DNA of 33,809 nt from Nitrososphaeraceae archaeon (lineage in GTDB: Archaea; Thermoproteota; Nitrososphaeria; Nitrososphaerales; Nitrososphaeraceae): the NCBI GenBank assembly GCA_035297365.1, contig DATGZA010000048.1, positions 1 to 33,809 of the forward strand. The letters run 5' to 3'. Both the position numbers and the translations under genes were made by a program. Below are positions 18,369 through 28,811 of the stretch, in pieces (the stretch's first letter is position 1; each line of letters starts with the position of its first letter). The notes under the pieces are model-generated. The model searched no databases. It was not told where the DNA came from and was given only the letters and a program-made list of their open reading frames with translations.

Positions 18369-18915
18369 CTTTTTTTGAAGTACACCGTGAAGAAATACTG
18401 CCTGAATTTGTAGATTGTATAATAATAAATTGCAACAAGATAGCAAAAACTGATATAATGAATTGTAAATACGGCAGGTAAAAATTTTCTTTATATTACC
18501 TAGACATAGTAACAGGAAAAAGGGAAAAAAATTACTGGTGGAATAAACGAATCGCTATGTAAGAAAGAATAGAATAATGTAAAAAAAATTTGGAGAGTCT
18601 AATAGCAAAGTTGTTTTTGATGAGAGAAACTATCTGTTATGAGGTGGCAGCTAGCATATTGTACGTGGCATATAATGCATGAGTTAATTGGTTGGTATAC
18701 CTCTAATAGATTTTTTCGGCATTGTTCATCTCCGTTGAGATAGCTAGTGATATTATTGTAAAAAAGTAAAAAGAAAAGAAGGGTGGAAAGAAAAATTTAG
18801 TAATATCTACATTCGATACAATTATTTTCACGACAGAGGAAACAAATTATAAGAATTTTACATCATATCTAAAATCTAAATATACTTTTATTTTGCACAT
18901 ACAATTTTTCCTATT

Positions 18916-18935
18916 ATTTTTCGGCGTCGAAAAAT
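18916..18935. repeat. Near-perfect palindrome, copy 3 of the TTTTTCGGCGCCGAAAAA motif
   Basis: atttttcggcgtcgaaaaat, 70 bp upstream of the carboxypeptidase ATG and next to a TATA-like tataaata. Confidence 0.8.
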
Positions 18936-19005
18936 TTGCTATAAATAAATTCCTGTAATTTAAACAATCAAAATACTTATGAATTAGGAATCTAAATAAA
19001 ATTTA

Positions 19006-20373
19006 ATGACAACGAGATTTTTTGTTCAAATTATAGCAAAGAATAAACAGCAATTAATGGATTTACAGAAATTCGAGCTCGACCTATTTCAATCTACAGG
19101 AAAATCCATTGAGGATAAGAAGTTCTCAATTGACGGGTTAATTACATTAGAAGACGTAAATAAATTGGTACAAAATGGCTACAAGGTAATGGTAAAGAAA
19201 GAATCAATGAAGAGAACTCCTGCTATAGATGAAACCATGTCTTTTGAGGAATGGAGCGAAGTAGTCAAAAAAGAGGAAAAGGAAGAAAAGGAAGAGGGTC
19301 TTAGAGAAGCAAAGCCAGAAAAAGCACTCACATTTAAAGGATATTTGACTTCAAAGGGTATACATTCTGCATTACAGTATTTAGCTAAAACATATCCATC
19401 CATAGTACAATTGATATCTCTACCAGAAAAGACATATGAAGGATATATGTCAAAAGCAATAAAAATAGGTGTAAAAAACGCGACTCCCAAAAACGGCATT
19501 CTTTTCTTGGGAGGAGTACATGCGCGCGAAATTCTGAATCCTGACCTTTTGGTAAAACTAACACTAGATTTATGTCAAGCATATTCATCAAATAATGGTC
19601 TGACATATGGCGGAAAATCGTTTACTGCCGAAGATGTAAAACAGATAGTGGATAATCTAGAGCTTTTTGTTTTTCCATTGGTAAATCCCGATGGTAGATC
19701 ATTCGTACAGGCACCCAATGGAGATGTATGGTGGAGAAAGAACCGAAATCCTAATCCCGGTCTCGAACAGAAAGGTGTAGATCTAAACAGAAATTATGAT
19801 TTTCTTTGGCAGAGTGGAATAGGTACAAGCACAAATTCTACTACTGAAATTTATAAAGGGAAAGAACCAGCTTCAGAAAAAGAAACAAAGAATGTTCTCC
19901 ATTTGATAAACAAATACAAAAACATCACCTGTGTATTTGACATTCATTCCTATTCAGAGGTTATTCTCTATCCATGGGGTGACGATGACATCCAGACAGA
20001 AGATCCAGATATGAATTTTGGAAATCCCGATTATGATGGGTCACGCGGTATCCCTGGAGACAGTATTTACAAAGAGTATATCCACAAGAAAGATCTAAAT
20101 TGGTATGAGAGTACAGGTAAAAGGATAAGAAACGCAATTGCAGCAGTACAAGGAACTGTTTATGAAGCTCAGCACAGCATTGGCCTATATCCGACATCCG
20201 GTAGCTGTGATGATTATATATACAGTTTAAGGTACAATGGTGCCAATAGAGAAATAAAGGGCTTTACTATAGAAACAGCTAAATTATTTCAACCTACGTA
20301 CGAAGACGCAATAAAAGTTATGTCTGAAGTATCAGCAGGACTGGTTGAAGTATGTAAAATACACCTTGAATAA
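19006..20373 (+). CDS. M14 zinc carboxypeptidase (carboxypeptidase T-like)
   Basis: GVHARE, NPDG, WRKNR, GVDLNRNY, DIHSYS, YPTSGSCDDY, FTIE; N-terminal pro-like region; no signal peptide; T-rich tract after the stop. Confidence 0.93.
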   Translation: MTTRFFVQIIAKNKQQLMDLQKFELDLFQSTGKSIEDKKFSIDGLITLEDVNKLVQNGYKVMVKKESMKRTPAIDETMSFEEWSEVVKKEEKEEKEEGLREAKPEKALTFKGYLTSKGIHSALQYLAKTYPSIVQLISLPEKTYEGYMSKAIKIGVKNATPKNGILFLGGVHAREILNPDLLVKLTLDLCQAYSSNNGLTYGGKSFTAEDVKQIVDNLELFVFPLVNPDGRSFVQAPNGDVWWRKNRNPNPGLEQKGVDLNRNYDFLWQSGIGTSTNSTTEIYKGKEPASEKETKNVLHLINKYKNITCVFDIHSYSEVILYPWGDDDIQTEDPDMNFGNPDYDGSRGIPGDSIYKEYIHKKDLNWYESTGKRIRNAIAAVQGTVYEAQHSIGLYPTSGSCDDYIYSLRYNGANREIKGFTIETAKLFQPTYEDAIKVMSEVSAGLVEVCKIHLE

Positions 20374-20846
20374 CTTTTTTCTTCTCTTTTTGATTATAAA
20401 ATAGGGAAATATTATGGATTGATTTGAGCTGATATCACAAATAAGGGAAATTACTTTTTTCATGTGATTGTGTATAGTAAATTGAGTACAAAATATTAAA
20501 TTCATTTTATTTTCCTATTATGTTCCAATATTCAAATTGGATTTTTTTTAAATTTAATTCATAAATTTTCCTTGTCTTCAGACATGTTATTAATAATGAT
20601 ATCATAATACAGATGATTTATTGTCGTTCAAACCTGTGATTTGTTCTCTCTTACAGAGCTTTCCTAGTTTTTTGATTAATGATATTGACAATGTGACAGG
20701 GATTTTATACGTATTCAATAATAATTGTGTGATAAGGAATGATAATTATCTGATATTAATAATAATTATTATAATTATCTATTACAATTATCATAGGATA
20801 ATAATATTCGATGTGAACGAGGGAAATACAAATATCAAGTTTGGGT

Positions 20847-21686
20847 TCAGTAAACACGTCTTGGTTGCTTATGAATATAAATTGGAATGGGGATATTCCT
20901 CCTCAACTCATTAGAATTCAGATCCAAAAACATATCTTTATCAAAGTCAAAGGTACTCAGTTCTTTCCTTACTTTTTTTAATAATGAAGTAAATTCATAG
21001 GAATTGTTAAGTGAATCAATCATAATAAATTTCTTGAAGCCATTGTAGGGCACACCTTGCACCGATAGCATTTGATCCAAAATATTTGTGTCCAAATGAA
21101 ATTCAGATCGATGTTTATAAAGATAGGCATTTGCAAAGGATTCCTCTATACAATGAATTGAGTTAAATGAATCTAGATAAAAATCAATATAATATTTATT
21201 GAAAATATTTTTATTGTTTTTGAGTTCAATATTACTTATAAAACATTCCAAGATATAATGAAAAAATCCATGTAAATACAATATTAAAAACGAAGAAGTT
21301 AAAGATTCTTTTTTATTAAAAGGAACATTGTTTTTAAGGTAAGATGAAAGTTTCATCCAGCTAGAAAATCTCAAATGGATACCCCATTTTGTTCTAGGAA
21401 TAAAATGAAATGGCTGATACCACATACAGAAACTCTTTTCAAAAATAAAGTCTCTCTGAATAGCATCAGATCTGGTGCTATTTCTAGAAATATCTTGTAT
21501 AACTGACGAGTTCAATACAGAATCCCATGTTATTTGAATTTTCTCAAAGATTTGATCAGATTCAGAAAAGTACCACTCAGGAGTAATTAATTCAGAAACT
21601 ATGTTTGGTGATTGAATACTGTTAAGATTATTTGTTTTATTCAAACTGTCAATTGAAAAAATTAACTCTTCTAAATCTGAAATCAT
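20847..21686 (-). CDS. Hypothetical zincin-like protein with a degenerate HExxH motif
   Basis: WYQPFHF..WGIHLR..YLHGFFHYILE..IEESFANAY: HxxxH plus a downstream EE helix, with Gly at the catalytic Glu position. Confidence 0.65.
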   Translation of the reverse strand: MISDLEELIFSIDSLNKTNNLNSIQSPNIVSELITPEWYFSESDQIFEKIQITWDSVLNSSVIQDISRNSTRSDAIQRDFIFEKSFCMWYQPFHFIPRTKWGIHLRFSSWMKLSSYLKNNVPFNKKESLTSSFLILYLHGFFHYILECFISNIELKNNKNIFNKYYIDFYLDSFNSIHCIEESFANAYLYKHRSEFHLDTNILDQMLSVQGVPYNGFKKFIMIDSLNNSYEFTSLLKKVRKELSTFDFDKDMFLDLNSNELRRNIPIPIYIHKQPRRVY

Positions 21687-21818
21687 TTTATGTTAAAACT
21701 GTATATTTTAAAAAAAGATTCTTTGCAGAAAATGGTGTCGACATTATTAACAATAGCTATATTAAATAAGATGTAAAAAAAGTATAGTTTTCGATGCGAA
21801 TCCCAGATTCAACTAAAA

Positions 21819-22550
21819 TCAAGTTTTTATACGAGGATACTGTTCACTCATAAATTTTTTGTCCAGTTGAGAAGGGGTCGTGTTTCTTGCGCCTATAGCT
21901 ACATGATTTGTAGTAAATTCTGCAGGTATTGGATAAAGCATGATCGACTTTGGGTCAAATTTTGTGAAATTGGTAATAGTTTTGCTGTACCTTGCAAACA
22001 GATTATGATCTATGTCTTTTTTTGACCAATTATTAGGAGGTCCCATGTAATATTTGTAAACTGCCTCCTTATCCCAGGGAATATTTCCGGCAGGATTTTG
22101 ATGTTCATGGATTGCCCCAAGTGCATGACCAAATTCATGTATTACAACTCTGGAATATTCGTCATCAGGGGTATTAGGTTTTAGCCATCCGTAGTTCATG
22201 GTGCGTTCATTTTTAGGAATATCTAAAGCATCTCGGCCAATGTAAGACCATGATCCGTCTCCCATATTAAATCCGATCCTAATTTCCGCATCACCGCTGG
22301 GAACGAAAACTAAATTTACATTCGCGTATTCCATCCACGATAATGCATATTTTTTTACCTTTTGTTGGACATCTGATTGTCCTTCCATAAACCTGACCCG
22401 GATCGTAGCCCCAACATCCCACATCTTTTCTCTAATTAAGGCCATTCGTGCAGATGCACCAGATCGTGTTGCATCGGCGGATGGTCCACTCTTTGTATAT
22501 TTCGTCGGTTCTTTTCCTGGTATCAATTTATCTATGCAAACTTGTACCAT
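21819..22550 (-). CDS. Metzincin zinc metalloprotease (astacin/M12A-like)
   Basis: SWSYIG, HEFGHALGAIHEHQ, Met-turn DPKSIMLY; no signal peptide. Confidence 0.92.
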   Translation of the reverse strand: MVQVCIDKLIPGKEPTKYTKSGPSADATRSGASARMALIREKMWDVGATIRVRFMEGQSDVQQKVKKYALSWMEYANVNLVFVPSGDAEIRIGFNMGDGSWSYIGRDALDIPKNERTMNYGWLKPNTPDDEYSRVVIHEFGHALGAIHEHQNPAGNIPWDKEAVYKYYMGPPNNWSKKDIDHNLFARYSKTITNFTKFDPKSIMLYPIPAEFTTNHVAIGARNTTPSQLDKKFMSEQYPRIKT

Positions 22551-22899
22551 ATGCTTTCCCCATTATCTTTCGATTTAAATATATTGGTAGAAATCATTAC
22601 GAGAAATACGTCTGATCTGCTAGAGTTTTATTTTATTGTCTTTTTTTTGATTGACTATTTATGCTGCTTAGTTTGATGATAATTTTCTAAAAAAGCTAAA
22701 AATCACTCCGAAAATAAGATGAGACCCAGAGAGAAATAAATTGCGTATTTGAATTCCGAATTCATAAAGCAATAATTTCGAAAAAAAACAGTAGAAAAAT
22801 AGAGATCTAAAACACTTCTGTACATCTAGTTCAAACTTGAAAAATTATATTTTTGTAGTAATCAAACAATCAATAATCCTTCATTTTACAAGTCGGAAT

Positions 22900-23250
22900 A
22901 TATTTATTACTTTTCCAATGAAGTTCATAAATTGAACCTACTACTAGAGTCGCACCTGCTGACAAAGTCTGTTGACCATATCTGTATGCAATATATTTAC
23001 CGCAGAAAAAGATAAATGGTAGATGTTAATTTTTGGTGATTTGATCTCATCTAAAAAAAACGTAGCTCTTCATGTTCATTGTCCTTGTTCATTGTCCTCT
23101 CTATTCATATCTGAAATGACTAGGTCATAATGAGTATTTGATATTTTTTGTAACTCTTCTTTTCGTTCCAAATCAAAATTTATTATTTTTCTATAATTAT
23201 CTACAATTTTCTTATTATTTTCGTGATGATCGTATATCCAGATAATCTAG
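22900..23250 (-). pseudogene. Decayed response-regulator receiver (REC) domain gene
   Basis: Minus-strand fragments IIWIYDHHENN (cf. ILWVDDxPxNN), HYDLVISDMNRE and LPFIFFCGK..AGATLVVGSIYEL. A 13-bp tandem duplication tgttcattgtcct (23073-23098) breaks the frame. Confidence 0.65.
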
Positions 23251-23862
23251 GGGAATGTTTTCTTTTGTATGTTAACGAAAGGGTTTATTTAAGGAAAATA
23301 TTTGTTTAGATCATTCCAACATTCCCCTCTAATGGATTCCTGCATCTCGTTTAATTATATGCCTGGATATTCAAATCTCGATTTCAATTTAATTTCTGAG
23401 ATTGTTGTTTTTATGTTAAAGAATTTCTATTTGAACCTCTACGTCTCTTACTTTTTGAATGAAGGTGATGGGTGTCGTTTCTTTATCTGGTGCTTATCTC
23501 CAACCCTTTACTTGCCTAGTCCATTAAACGTGTGTTCGAAGTACCAAAACAAAAAAGGAAAAAGCTATAAGATCTCTTCAGCATATACATATACAAACAA
23601 CGGTTTTAAGATACGTGCCATCATTTGTTATGAATACTTTTTATTAAATCAAAAATGTGATATTTTACAAAAGACCAGATTCAATTTCTTATTTCTTTAA
23701 ATAATCATGAAAATTTATTATTTATTTTTTAGTAAAGTATAAGAAATATATTTAAAAAAGCGCAGATTACTGCAAGTTAACCCAGGGAGAATATTTGTTT
23801 TCTTAATAATTCTCTGCTTTCGAAAATTAACAGATATATTCTTAAAACATAGAATATTTTTT

Positions 23863-24291
23863 ATGAAGGATAAACCATTTGATTTTCATGGAGCAAAGTT
23901 TACTATCAAGGTTCTTAGTTCTGAAACTAGTGGTACCTATACTATCCTAGATATAATGCATCCACCTAATATAGGACCTGCATTACATATACATCCCAAA
24001 GGTTCAGAAACCTTTTACATAGTTGAGGGAGATTATGAATTTATTTTAGATGGGAAATCAGTAACGGGTAAACCTGGAGATGTAATTTTTGTTCCTGAAG
24101 GAGTACCACATAGATTTATTGTGGGCTACAAAGGCGGACATGCCCTTGTAATCAGTCCTCCAGAGCTCGAATTTTATTTTTTTAAAGTAAGCGAATTACT
24201 TGCCAAGGGCGAGGTTTCATATGAAACAGAATCAAGCATAGGAAAACATTATGGTCAGGTTTTCTTAGACAACACAAAACACTGGAAATAG
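23863..24291 (+). CDS. Cupin domain protein
   Basis: GPALHIHPKGSETFYIVEG and GDVIFVPEGVPHRF cupin motifs. Confidence 0.92.
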   Translation: MKDKPFDFHGAKFTIKVLSSETSGTYTILDIMHPPNIGPALHIHPKGSETFYIVEGDYEFILDGKSVTGKPGDVIFVPEGVPHRFIVGYKGGHALVISPPELEFYFFKVSELLAKGEVSYETESSIGKHYGQVFLDNTKHWK

Positions 24292-24609
24292 TCAAAATCT
24301 AGAGACCTACACTTTTACAAACTAATTGAAAATAATTTATTATTTTATTGTGGGTGCTTATAGTTATACTAGTGGTTTTATTTTTTTAATTTAAAAGAGC
24401 AAGATAAATAGCACACTCATTAAAAAGTGATGCTATCAAAATTAAGACATATATTTCAAGTACTTTTTATAGACTTAAAGTAACCTATTCAGGAAAGTCT
24501 ATTATAGTACTGGTTCTGGTTACAAATTTTTGAATCTCTTATGGGTAAACCACTAAATTAGACTAAAAATCTTAGATAGTTTAAAAAGTTATTTACATTA
24601 TCATCATTA

Positions 24610-25152
24610 TTAGTGTCCATGTGGAGGTGGTGCACCGGATTTTGAAAGACTTTCGTTATAGGTTCCTGAAGCCTTCTCGTGAAATTCCAAATTTGACTGG
24701 TCCACCTTGATTGCCTGCGGAGGACAAACGGAAACACATGCCATACACCATATGCAATCATGTTCTCTGATTGGGTCTGACTTGTCAGTATAATCTTTTC
24801 GTCCATCTTTTAGGGATTGTTCTCCTGTCCCATCACTTGTAGCGTTAACCATCTCTGAAGCCGGTACATCATTCTCTGTTCTATACCATTGAAAAACTTG
24901 TACAGGACATGCCTCAATACATGCTCCGTCCGCATAGCATGAATCCCAGTCTACTGCGACCATTGTACCATGTACACCTAAAGGAACATATTCTTCACCT
25001 CTCTCTTTGTATGCTGCCTGAACATCCGATTTTGTTGATGTTTCTGCATCAGATCTTCCTGGACCCCAGACGAAATGATAATGCTCTCCGTCGGAGTGGC
25101 TATGTTTCCCTATTACACGATGATTTTTTGGAAATTCCCCGTCAATTGGCAT
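24610..25152 (-). CDS. zfx: Zinc-containing dicluster ferredoxin
   Basis: [12 protein letters not shown] and [12 protein letters not shown] cluster motifs; His-rich N-terminal extension with HFVWGP and [13 protein letters not shown]. Confidence 0.9.
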   Translation of the reverse strand: MPIDGEFPKNHRVIGKHSHSDGEHYHFVWGPGRSDAETSTKSDVQAAYKERGEEYVPLGVHGTMVAVDWDSCYADGACIEACPVQVFQWYRTENDVPASEMVNATSDGTGEQSLKDGRKDYTDKSDPIREHDCIWCMACVSVCPPQAIKVDQSNLEFHEKASGTYNESLSKSGAPPPHGH

Positions 25153-25929
25153 ATTATTTTTTTCTCATCATTATATTTAACAGTTAGAGTGTATAGACTT
25201 TGTAGAAAATACCCAAGGTATGAGGACATTTCTTAGGTATATTTTGATGGGTATTGGATTTTAGCCTTTAAATATTTCTAACGTATACTTTACTTTTCCC
25301 ACACACAACACATTTGTTAATATCGTATACAGCTTTTAAATTAGTTGCACACCAATAACATGAATTACAGAAGACGAATTTACAGTTATTTCTATCGTAA
25401 AAATCTTTATTTAAAACAATAGTTTTATTATCATATATTCTCATTCAGTAATTACTTTTAATTTTAATTATATATTGATTAGTTAACTAGGTTAACAGAC
25501 CTGATTATCTACAATTTTAGAACCTTTAATCATTTTAAACATCATCGATTTTTGAAGACACTTCAATAGAAGGTTGTGGTTTACAATAAAACATTTCCTT
25601 TGGAATTCTTTATAGAGGTAATTCAATATTTATTGTGAGCATTGACATCGTCCTCTTGTAAACGTAATTTGACCCCTAGAGAGAAATGTGCTGTATGTCT
25701 CTTCTATTGGTAATAGTAGCAGTCATTGTGGTCATGATGCGATACGATATGTCTGTATAATTATTCTTCTTATTGTGTTATAACACTTAGTTTTAGTGCA
25801 GCCAGAATATGTCTTTGTTGTTGCTTCCTTCTCGTCTTTACTATTTTTGTTGTAATGTTTTTATTTGATAAAATAATAAATTGATGACTTGAATAATGTC
25901 TTATATTTGGTGTTAAACATATTTTTTCT

Positions 25930-26952
25930 ATGATTATTAATCGCGGTATATTTTTTACATTGTTACTTGGATTTGTTCTTTTAATACTTTTTGTTTCTAA
26001 TTGGTTTCATTCACTCGACAAAGTATATGGGCATGGCATTAGCAGCGATAAATCTATTCCTTTTGATATTTCCGGGAGACAAATCGCAGTTGAAGGAAAA
26101 CGCGAACCTCCATTTTTAAACGAAACCCGTCAAACACCCACTCTAATGATTAGAGCTTTTGACGAAAAAACTAACGAAACTATAGCTGATATAAATTATA
26201 GAATAATGGCCAAATTTAAGAACGAAACAATAATTGATCAACGATTTCATTCCATTGATGGAGTCATTTCATCAGATCTTATACCTTCGAAGGATTCCAA
26301 TAAACACCAAATAGTAACTAAAGATAAAGTACAACAAAATTTATCAAAGGATGATTTAGTAGAAGTGAGTTTGAGGAATCCGGCTGTTATAAAAAGTAGA
26401 GTACTTGCAGATGGTGGATTGTATGATATATCTGTTGTTCTTGAAAAATCAAGCAAAGGTTTGAAATTAGATTCAGATAAAAATGTAAATCTGTTTATTA
26501 GTATTGGAAAAACCTTTACCTATGTAATAACACAAGAAAAAGATAGTAGCGATACTAATAATGGCACTAGTCCTGGTAGTTTGACATTGAAAGTTAAAAC
26601 TTTTTATGACGAAATTAGAAATTTCACCTACGATGAACAGATGTCAAGGATTTCATTTGAAATGCCATTTAGATGGAATTTAGATTATGTAAGTCAGGTT
26701 GTTAATTTACATGAAGAACTTATTATACCAAAATCTTATGTTCCCTTATCTACAGTTTCCTCATTTATCGGTAAGGTAAATGGCTTGGAAATTTTAAGTA
26801 ATTTTATTTTAATTGATGATTTTTCAGATCAAAATGATAGAATTGTACACATAGTGATTCCAAATTTTAAATTAAAAGAACTTACTAATCAAATTATAAA
26901 AGATGGCGAAGAGTCTTCTGCGACCTTTGAAGTACAGGCGATTGAAACCTAA
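25930..26952 (+). CDS. Thaumarchaeal-type exported or membrane-anchored hypothetical protein
   Basis: N-terminal TM/signal followed by VYG-HG; motifs KTFYDEI..ISFEMPFRW..HEELIIPK recalled from a conserved thaumarchaeal surface protein family; no C-terminal anchor. Confidence 0.7.
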   Translation: MIINRGIFFTLLLGFVLLILFVSNWFHSLDKVYGHGISSDKSIPFDISGRQIAVEGKREPPFLNETRQTPTLMIRAFDEKTNETIADINYRIMAKFKNETIIDQRFHSIDGVISSDLIPSKDSNKHQIVTKDKVQQNLSKDDLVEVSLRNPAVIKSRVLADGGLYDISVVLEKSSKGLKLDSDKNVNLFISIGKTFTYVITQEKDSSDTNNGTSPGSLTLKVKTFYDEIRNFTYDEQMSRISFEMPFRWNLDYVSQVVNLHEELIIPKSYVPLSTVSSFIGKVNGLEILSNFILIDDFSDQNDRIVHIVIPNFKLKELTNQIIKDGEESSATFEVQAIET

Positions 26953-27017
26953 TTTTTTTGTGGAATCCATGAGACAATGTTAGAATAATAAGTTCCTTTT
27001 CTAGAATCATTTATTAG

Positions 27018-27201
27018 TAAATCATGTCCTCATGTTTGTTCTGCTTCCTTAACTCGTACCGTTCCAAGATAAAGGTATTAGTCCGACCCAAAGAGCAGTG
27101 GATGTAACACGCAAGATAATATCTTCTTTATCTTTTATTTTTGATTTCGGTTTATCATCGATCCTTACGTCTTTTGCACCATGATAAACTAATACTTTCA
27201 T
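27018..27201 (-). pseudogene. 5' fragment of a zinc-dependent MDR alcohol/formaldehyde dehydrogenase
   Basis: MKVLVYHGAKDVRIDDKPKSKIKDKEDIILRVTSTAL, frameshift, then GSD*YLYLGTV..QT*GHD (cf. CGSDLH..LGHE); the remainder is absent. Confidence 0.85.
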
Positions 27202-27425
27202 AAATGTACATGTTTACAACATCCATCATAGGTATTATGTAGGGAAAACAATGCAGGATGTAAGAATATTATAAATAGACACTATGGCGAAAAAATTAAA
27301 AAAACAATTTGACAGCAAAACTGTTAGCAAATCTTTATGGCATCGCTTACTCTATAATGACAGTTAACAAATATGTTCTGGATTAGCAACTGTACGCTTA
27401 AATTTCTTGTTTGCGCCTATAAAAT

Positions 27426-28679
27426 ATGGATATATATCCTCCGATAGATCAAAGATTTTCTCCTTTTGAATTCTATTCATCGATGAGAAAAAATAACCCT
27501 GTTGTATATGACGATAAAAATGAACAATGGGGATTATATCGTTATAGTGATATTGAAGAAATATTAAGAGACCCTCTGAAATTTTCGTCTAAATTCGGGC
27601 CATTTCTAGTACCTCCGGAATTTCAAAAAAATCTTAATCGGCCGAGCATATTGAATTCCGATCCTCCATATCACAGGAAACTTCGTAGTATTGTTGATAC
27701 ATTATTTGTTCCTATAGAAATATCCAAGTTAGGTCCACGTATTGAAGATATTGCAAATGGGTTGATCGACAATATTGTTGAAAAAGGTAATACTACAATG
27801 GATATAGTAACAGATTTTGCCTACCCGTTACCTGCAACAGTGATTGCAGAACTATTGGGGGTACCGTCTGAAGACCAGGATACTTTTCGTCAATGGGCGG
27901 ATAATATAGTGAGCCTTGAGGTTACTACTGGTAGTAGTGGTATCGATTCCATTAGAAAGGCAGACGAAACAGTAGCTGATATGGACATTTATTTTAGTAA
28001 ATTAATAGAGAAAAAAAAGAAGATACCAACCAATGATCTCATTAGTCATATCATCAGAGCTAAAGTAGACGAACAATCTTTATCTGAAACAGAAATACTT
28101 AGCTTTTGTAGTCTTCTTTTGAATGCAGGACATATTACTACAGTTAATCTGATAGGAAACTTGGTATTCTCATTACTTGAATATCCTGAAGAGTTTAAAT
28201 GTTTACAAGAAAACCAAAATTCCTTAATAAAATCTGCCATAGAGGAGTCTCTACGCTACAGGTCGCCGGCACAATTCGTAACTCGTGTAGCAAATACTGA
28301 CGTAACTTTATCTGAACCAGTAGATGAAGAAAGACAGCATACACGAGAGATAAAGAAGGGTCAAAAGATTGCATTATTTCTGGGATCTGCCAATCACGAT
28401 GAGACCGTATTTACGGATCCTGAACGATTTGATATCACTCGTAAAAACTTACGTCATTTGGGTTTTGGGACTGGAATTCATTTTTGTTTGGGAGCTCCTT
28501 TAGCTAGACTTGAAGCACAAATAGCACTAAAAGTAATGCTTGAAAGATTTGAGAATTTTCAATTTAATTTTGATTATAGCGATAGACAAGATCTATATAG
28601 AAAAGTTAGTCCACTCAAAAGTTCTTTTTTACTTGGATTATCCCATTTGCCTTTGCGTTTCCAATGTAAAAATAAATGA
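27426..28679 (+). CDS. Cytochrome P450
   Basis: DPPYHRKLR, AGHITT, EESLRY (ExxR), heme motif FGTGIHFCLG. Confidence 0.96.
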   Translation: MDIYPPIDQRFSPFEFYSSMRKNNPVVYDDKNEQWGLYRYSDIEEILRDPLKFSSKFGPFLVPPEFQKNLNRPSILNSDPPYHRKLRSIVDTLFVPIEISKLGPRIEDIANGLIDNIVEKGNTTMDIVTDFAYPLPATVIAELLGVPSEDQDTFRQWADNIVSLEVTTGSSGIDSIRKADETVADMDIYFSKLIEKKKKIPTNDLISHIIRAKVDEQSLSETEILSFCSLLLNAGHITTVNLIGNLVFSLLEYPEEFKCLQENQNSLIKSAIEESLRYRSPAQFVTRVANTDVTLSEPVDEERQHTREIKKGQKIALFLGSANHDETVFTDPERFDITRKNLRHLGFGTGIHFCLGAPLARLEAQIALKVMLERFENFQFNFDYSDRQDLYRKVSPLKSSFLLGLSHLPLRFQCKNK

Positions 28680-28811
28680 TAAAATTTGGACAAATTCATT
28701 CATTTTGTCCGGACATCCTGTATAACATACAGAACAGTACCCATCAATCAAGCAACACTTTATAATCACGAAATTCACACATAAGGAAATTCATTTAACT
28801 TCATTTCTACA

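Noticed and set aside
18570-18690. EVAASILYVA fragment resembling a TFB cyclin repeat
   Set aside because: Only about 10 residues of resemblance; flanking TFB motifs could not be recovered.
9099-20197. Many short antisense ORFs inside the STAND, CHAT, DUF4071, protease, HEAT and M14 genes
   Set aside because: Shadow ORFs of well-supported genes on the opposite strand.
23302-23700. 132-aa plus-strand ORF
   Set aside because: TTG start, Phe/Cys/Tyr-rich with no motif; probably a shadow of decayed minus-strand sequence upstream of the REC pseudogene.
24407-24436. Imperfect hairpin between the convergent cupin and zfx genes
   Set aside because: Bulged stem; archaeal termination relies mainly on T-tracts, so a terminator call is unsupported.
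25700-25860. Minus-strand KDEKEATTKTYSG, resembling the YSGKKK region of ISL2-like transposases
   Set aside because: Too short and degenerate to call.
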